This document shows positions 60,257-64,000 of a stretch of DNA of 64,000 nt, piece by piece. The stretch spans positions 1,741,690-1,805,689 of the forward strand of contig CBDDDJ010000005.1 in assembly GCA_965226475.1 (NCBI GenBank). The letters run 5' to 3'. Position 1 is the first letter of the stretch; every line of letters starts with the position of its first letter. Made by a program: the position numbers and the translations under genes. The stretch comes from Alphaproteobacteria bacterium (GTDB taxonomy: Bacteria; Pseudomonadota; Alphaproteobacteria; GCA-2731375). The notes under the pieces were generated by a model, which saw nothing but the letters and a program-made list of their open reading frames with translations, did not search any database and was not told where the DNA came from.

Positions 60257-60269
60257 CGGCGGCGGGCGC

Positions 60270-61202
60270 ATGGTGGAAGCGGCCGCCCCGGACTATTCCA
60301 ATCTCGTCGTCTATCGGAACGGCGAATTCGTGCCATGGGACGAGGCCCGCGTGCACGTCTTCGAGCCGGTGGTAAAATACGGCGCCGGCGCCTTCGAGGG
60401 CGCGCGCGGCTATTGGAACGCCGACGAGGAGCGGCTCTACCTTTTCCGCCTGGCCGAGCACATGGCGCGGTTCGAGCTGACGCAAAGGATCATGGGTTTC
60501 GAGACCATCGTATCCGGCGCGGAGATGGCCGAGGCGACGATCGAACTGATGCGCCGGAACGGTTTCCGCGAGGCCGTGCACGTGCGCCAGATGGCCTATG
60601 TCGCGGGCTGGGGCGGCTCGGGCGCCACGGGGCCGATTGAGACGAGCATCGTCGCGATCCCGCGCGGTTCCTCGCCCCTGGTCGAAAGCGGCTGCCGGGC
60701 CGCCGTCTCCTCCTGGCGGCGGATCTCCGATGCCGCGTTGCCGCCGCGCGCCAAGTCGACCGCCAACTACGGCAACGCGCGGCTCGCCAGCGTCCAGGCC
60801 AAGCGCGACGGCTACGATGCCGCGCTTCAGCTGACCGAGCGCGGCAAGGTGTCGGAGGGCGAGGGCATGTGCGTCTTTCTTGTCCGCGATGGTGTCGCCG
60901 TCACCCCCTCGGTCACCAGCGACATCCTCAAAGGCATCACCCGCGACGCGGTGATCCACATCCTGCGCGAGGACCTGGATGTCGAGGTGGTCGAACGCGA
61001 GGTCGACCGCACGGAATTCCATGCCGCCAGCGAAGCCTTCTTTTGCGGCACCGCCTGGGAGGTGACGCCCGTGAAAGCGCTCGACGGCAGCGCCATCGGC
61101 GCCGGCCTGCCGGGCGCGCTGACCCGCCGCCTGCAAGCGCGGTACTTCGACATCGTCCACGGCGCGACGCCCGACACCCGCAGCTGGCTCACCGCCGTCT
61201 GA
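60270..61202 (+). CDS. Class-IV aminotransferase (branched-chain amino acid/D-amino-acid aminotransferase fold)
   Basis: A 310-aa protein with the fold-type IV pattern (EGARGYW, the catalytic Lys region AKSTANYGNARLA, and the C-terminal E..FF.GTA motif). Confidence 0.7.
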   Translation: MVEAAAPDYSNLVVYRNGEFVPWDEARVHVFEPVVKYGAGAFEGARGYWNADEERLYLFRLAEHMARFELTQRIMGFETIVSGAEMAEATIELMRRNGFREAVHVRQMAYVAGWGGSGATGPIETSIVAIPRGSSPLVESGCRAAVSSWRRISDAALPPRAKSTANYGNARLASVQAKRDGYDAALQLTERGKVSEGEGMCVFLVRDGVAVTPSVTSDILKGITRDAVIHILREDLDVEVVEREVDRTEFHAASEAFFCGTAWEVTPVKALDGSAIGAGLPGALTRRLQARYFDIVHGATPDTRSWLTAV

Positions 61203-61205
61203 CGA

Positions 61206-62098
61206 TCAGCTGCGAATTCCGACGGGCTGTTCCGGCGGCGTGAAGGAGAGGTAGTCGCCGAAATGCAGGACGCGGCCGCGCACGCCGGCGATCTCGCTCG
61301 GGTGCAGCGTGACGCTCGGGCCGTCGAGGCGGACGTGATCCGCGCGCCCCGCGACCCATTCGTCGGCCGGCAGCAGGGTGCTGGCCAGGCGGTTGAGGCC
61401 GCGGTTGAAATAGTGGTGCGGCAGGCAGATCTTGGCGCGGCAGCGCTCCAGGATCTCGTCCGCCTGATCGTAGGTCAGGATGTGGCGGGAGCCGTCGATT
61501 GGCAGCAAGGCAACGTCGATCTCGCCGATCGCCCGCCAGACGCTCTCGGGCGGGTCGGGCCGGTTGTCGCCCCAGTGCATGATCCGCAAGCCGCCCGCCT
61601 CGATGATCAGGATGTTGTTGTCGAAGCTGCGGGGGTTGTCGGGCGGGCGCACGGTGAAGCCGCGCGATTCCAGATAGTTGCCGACATCGAACAGGCAGCC
61701 GGAGAAGTCCCAGACATGCTTGTCGGCGATCCCCCGGATGGCGACGTCGGCGAAGCGGAACTCGCCGGCGATCCGGTCCAGCAGCATGCTGGCCGACAGC
61801 AGATGCAGCGCGTCGTGGTCGAAATGCGCGTGCGTCGAAAGGCCAATGTCGACCTCCATCGTCGGCAGCCGGTGCAGGTACCATTGGCCCTCCGCGCCGC
61901 CGGGCAGGTTGCGCCAGGGATCGATGAAGAGCGTCAGGCCGGCCAGCGTGGTGACGCGGAAGGCGGAGCCGCCGAAGAAGTCGAAGATGACCTTGCCCGG
62001 CGCGAGCACGATCGAGCCGCGATCCTGCAACGCCATCACATGATTGTGGTTCTCGCCCTGCTTCCAGGCCCAGGGGCCGGTGTCCTGCTCGGCCATGG
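61206..62098 (-). CDS. MBL-fold metallo-hydrolase
   Basis: It has the HAHFDHD motif (HxHxDH) and downstream His/Asp ligands. Confidence 0.65.
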
Positions 62099-62109
62099 CG
62101 CGTCCCGCC

Positions 62110-63117
62110 TCAGGCGCCACCCGCCAATTCGGCGATCTTCTCGTAGAGGGCGAGCGGAATTGTCGTGCCTCCCTTCTCGACCCTCGATCGGGCGGCGATC
62201 CGCCGATCGCCCGGCAGGCGGGCCTCGTGGTCCTCGACGATGCGGGCGAAGAAGCGTTCCACCCGCCAGGCGAAGCCGTCGCCGCCGAGGCGCATCGGAT
62301 CGATGGCGATGACGCATTCGCCGCAGCTGCTGGGGCCGCCGAAATCGTCCTGCTCCGCGACCTCGTAGCCGAAGTTGCCACCCGTCAGCCCGGCCGCCAG
62401 GATTTCCACCATCATGGCTATCGAGGCGCCCTTGTAGCCGCCGAAGGCCAGCTGCACGCCACCGTTCAGGATGGCGTCGGGGTCGCTGGTCGGCTTGCCG
62501 TCGGCGTCGAGGCCGGCGGTCTCCGGCACCAGATGGCCGTCGCGCGCGGCGATCATGATCTCGCCCCGGGCCAGCGCCGCCGAGGCCTGGTCCCAGCACA
62601 TCGGCGGGCCGTCGGCGCGCGGACAGGCGAAGGCCATCGGATTGGTGCCGTAAAGCGGCGTGCGTCCGCCCCACGGCGGGATGTAGCTCTTGGAGTTGAC
62701 GAAGCCCATGGCGATCAGGTCGGCTTCCGCCAGGGGCTCGATATCCGGCCAGACGGCGGCAAAATGATAAGAACCGCGGATGCCGAGCACGGCGATGCCC
62801 TGGGCCTTGGTCTTCTCGATCAGCAGCGATCGGCCCGCGCGCATCGCCGGCGGAGCGAAGCCGCCCGCCGCGTCGACCGCGACCATGCCCGGCGCCACGT
62901 CTTCCACGATCGGGACGGCATTGCCGTCGGCGCGGCCGTTCACCAGGCTCGAGACATAGCCCGGAATGCGGAAGAGGCCGTGGCTGGCACAGGCGTTGAG
63001 TTCGGCCGAGGTCACCACGCCGGCGACGGCGGCGGCGTTCTCGTCCGAGGCGCCGTTGGCGGTGAGCGCCCGGGTCGCGAGGTCGCGGACCTCTTCTATA
63101 CTGAGTGTCTTGGTCAT
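62110..63117 (-). CDS. Ldh_2-family (malate/L-lactate/L-sulfolactate dehydrogenase type 2, Pip2C-reductase-like) oxidoreductase
   Basis: A 335-aa protein with Ldh_2 family-specific blocks (HGLFRIP, GSYHFAA, PWGG..P..GTNP). Confidence 0.7.
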   Translation of the reverse strand: MTKTLSIEEVRDLATRALTANGASDENAAAVAGVVTSAELNACASHGLFRIPGYVSSLVNGRADGNAVPIVEDVAPGMVAVDAAGGFAPPAMRAGRSLLIEKTKAQGIAVLGIRGSYHFAAVWPDIEPLAEADLIAMGFVNSKSYIPPWGGRTPLYGTNPMAFACPRADGPPMCWDQASAALARGEIMIAARDGHLVPETAGLDADGKPTSDPDAILNGGVQLAFGGYKGASIAMMVEILAAGLTGGNFGYEVAEQDDFGGPSSCGECVIAIDPMRLGGDGFAWRVERFFARIVEDHEARLPGDRRIAARSRVEKGGTTIPLALYEKIAELAGGA

Positions 63118-63608
63118 GCGTCGTCTCCCTTCGCTCTCTCGGCCGCCCGCCGGGTCGCGAGGGCCAGGACGTGGCGGTTGCCCCGGCTCCAGGTGACGGT
63201 GAGCCTGTATTCGGCGATACGCCAGCCCCGCTCCGTGGGCGCCAGTTCGTTAGTGTAGTAGCCGCCGACGGTATAGCTGTCGTCGCCCCGGTCGTTTATC
63301 AGGAAATGCTCCGCCCGGATGTAGGCGGTGCAGGTCGCCAGGTCGCCCCGGACGTCGTGCACGAGGTTGGCCATCATGTGCTGGGTCGCATCGCAACCGT
63401 CGATGGTCGAGGCGACGAGGGCGATCCAGTCGACCGCCGAGCCGCGAAACACCTCGCGCACGCCGAAGGAACGGAAGTCGGCGACCAAATTCTCGGTGAA
63501 GCAGTCGGCGAGCAGCGCCCAGTCGCGCAAGTCGATGGCGGTGGCATAGCGGTGCACCACGTCGCTGATTTCCGCCCGATCCAGCAACAGGCTAAGGTCA
63601 TCGCTCAT
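63114..63608 (-). CDS. SnoaL-like/NTF2-fold protein
   Basis: A 164-aa protein with an alpha+beta cone pattern. It overlaps the upstream gene by 4 bp. Confidence 0.5.
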   Translation of the reverse strand: MSDDLSLLLDRAEISDVVHRYATAIDLRDWALLADCFTENLVADFRSFGVREVFRGSAVDWIALVASTIDGCDATQHMMANLVHDVRGDLATCTAYIRAEHFLINDRGDDSYTVGGYYTNELAPTERGWRIAEYRLTVTWSRGNRHVLALATRRAAERAKGDDA

Positions 63609-63890
63609 AGCCGCCTCGGCGCCTGTGGATCTTTCGCCGAACTATGCCGGCGACGATGACTTTGGGGGAGTCGGAAGACTCCATTACGGTTGGTCTGGAC
63701 ATGGTGTATCGCCTTTTGGGGATCGTGGCATGCCCAATCGAGAGAGTGGGCTTTTTTCTCGAATTGCCGGAACAGACGGCGCCGGAGCGCGTGGCCGGCG
63801 ATCATCGTCGACGGCGGCGCGATGTATCCCATCCAGGCGCTCTGGCCGGCGCCTCGGTCGGTCGAGGCCGGAATAGAGGGTAAAATAGAA

Positions 63891-64000
63891 GGCTCAATTC
63901 GTGAATTGTATGCGTCACCTTGTTACGGCGGCGGCGAGGCAGGCTCGGTCATTGGCGCCGGGGGCGAGGCCGACGAGGTGGAACCAGCTCAGGTAGTTGT
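63891..64000 (-). mobile_element. Second copy of the IS1595-family element (left 110 bp; continues beyond window)
   Basis: 63891..64000 is identical to 12487..12596. The flank here is AAATAGAA rather than AAAAATAA, so this is an independent insertion. Confidence 0.75.

Noticed and set aside
1-64000. Search for CRISPR arrays, tRNA or rRNA genes
   Set aside because: No spacer-repeat periodicity was found. The short direct repeats seen are IS sub-terminal repeats or the 9-10-nt tandem at 15590..15635. No cloverleaf-like or rRNA-like conserved stretches were recognised by eye.

Overview
This is a high-GC (about 67 %) alphaproteobacterial-type chromosomal segment that is unusually rich in mobile DNA and disrupted genes. 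It holds intact elements or remnants of six IS families:
- an ISBst12-like IS66-family element at 3171..4778;
- an IS1595-family element at 12487..13457 with an 8-bp TSD, plus an identical second copy starting at 63891;
- an IS256-family element at 35890..37333, inserted in a methyltransferase gene;
- an IS110 remnant at about 45.7..46.6 kb;
- a head-to-tail tandem pair of IS1031-like IS5-family elements at 47047..48909;
- an IS21-family element (istAB) at 50318..52851.

There are also two kinds of MITE-like palindromic repeats: one inside an MFS gene, and a pair flanking a low-GC tail-collar-domain gene. Between these lie:
- ordinary housekeeping and regulatory genes (ribH2 behind an FMN riboswitch, the RegB/RegA redox two-component system, a CobW-type GTPase, a TauE exporter);
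- several catabolic genes (TauD-type dioxygenases, a TPP enzyme, a cupin, an LLM monooxygenase, a crotonase, two CaiB CoA-transferases, a solitary XDH-family Mo subunit, class-III and class-IV aminotransferases, an ACAD, an MttB-family methyltransferase, an SDR-type threonine dehydrogenase);
- two large secreted S8 proteases, one carrying cadherin-like and PKD repeats.

At least nine CDS carry in-frame TGA stops or frameshifts, many at homopolymer runs, so either the region is a decaying accessory island or the assembly has indel errors. The most unusual structure is a roughly 3.1-kb foreign insert that has split and partly deleted an SDR gene. It contains the IS66-like element plus a low-GC membrane-anchored coiled-coil/tail-collar protein gene flanked by two direct copies of a 120-bp MITE.
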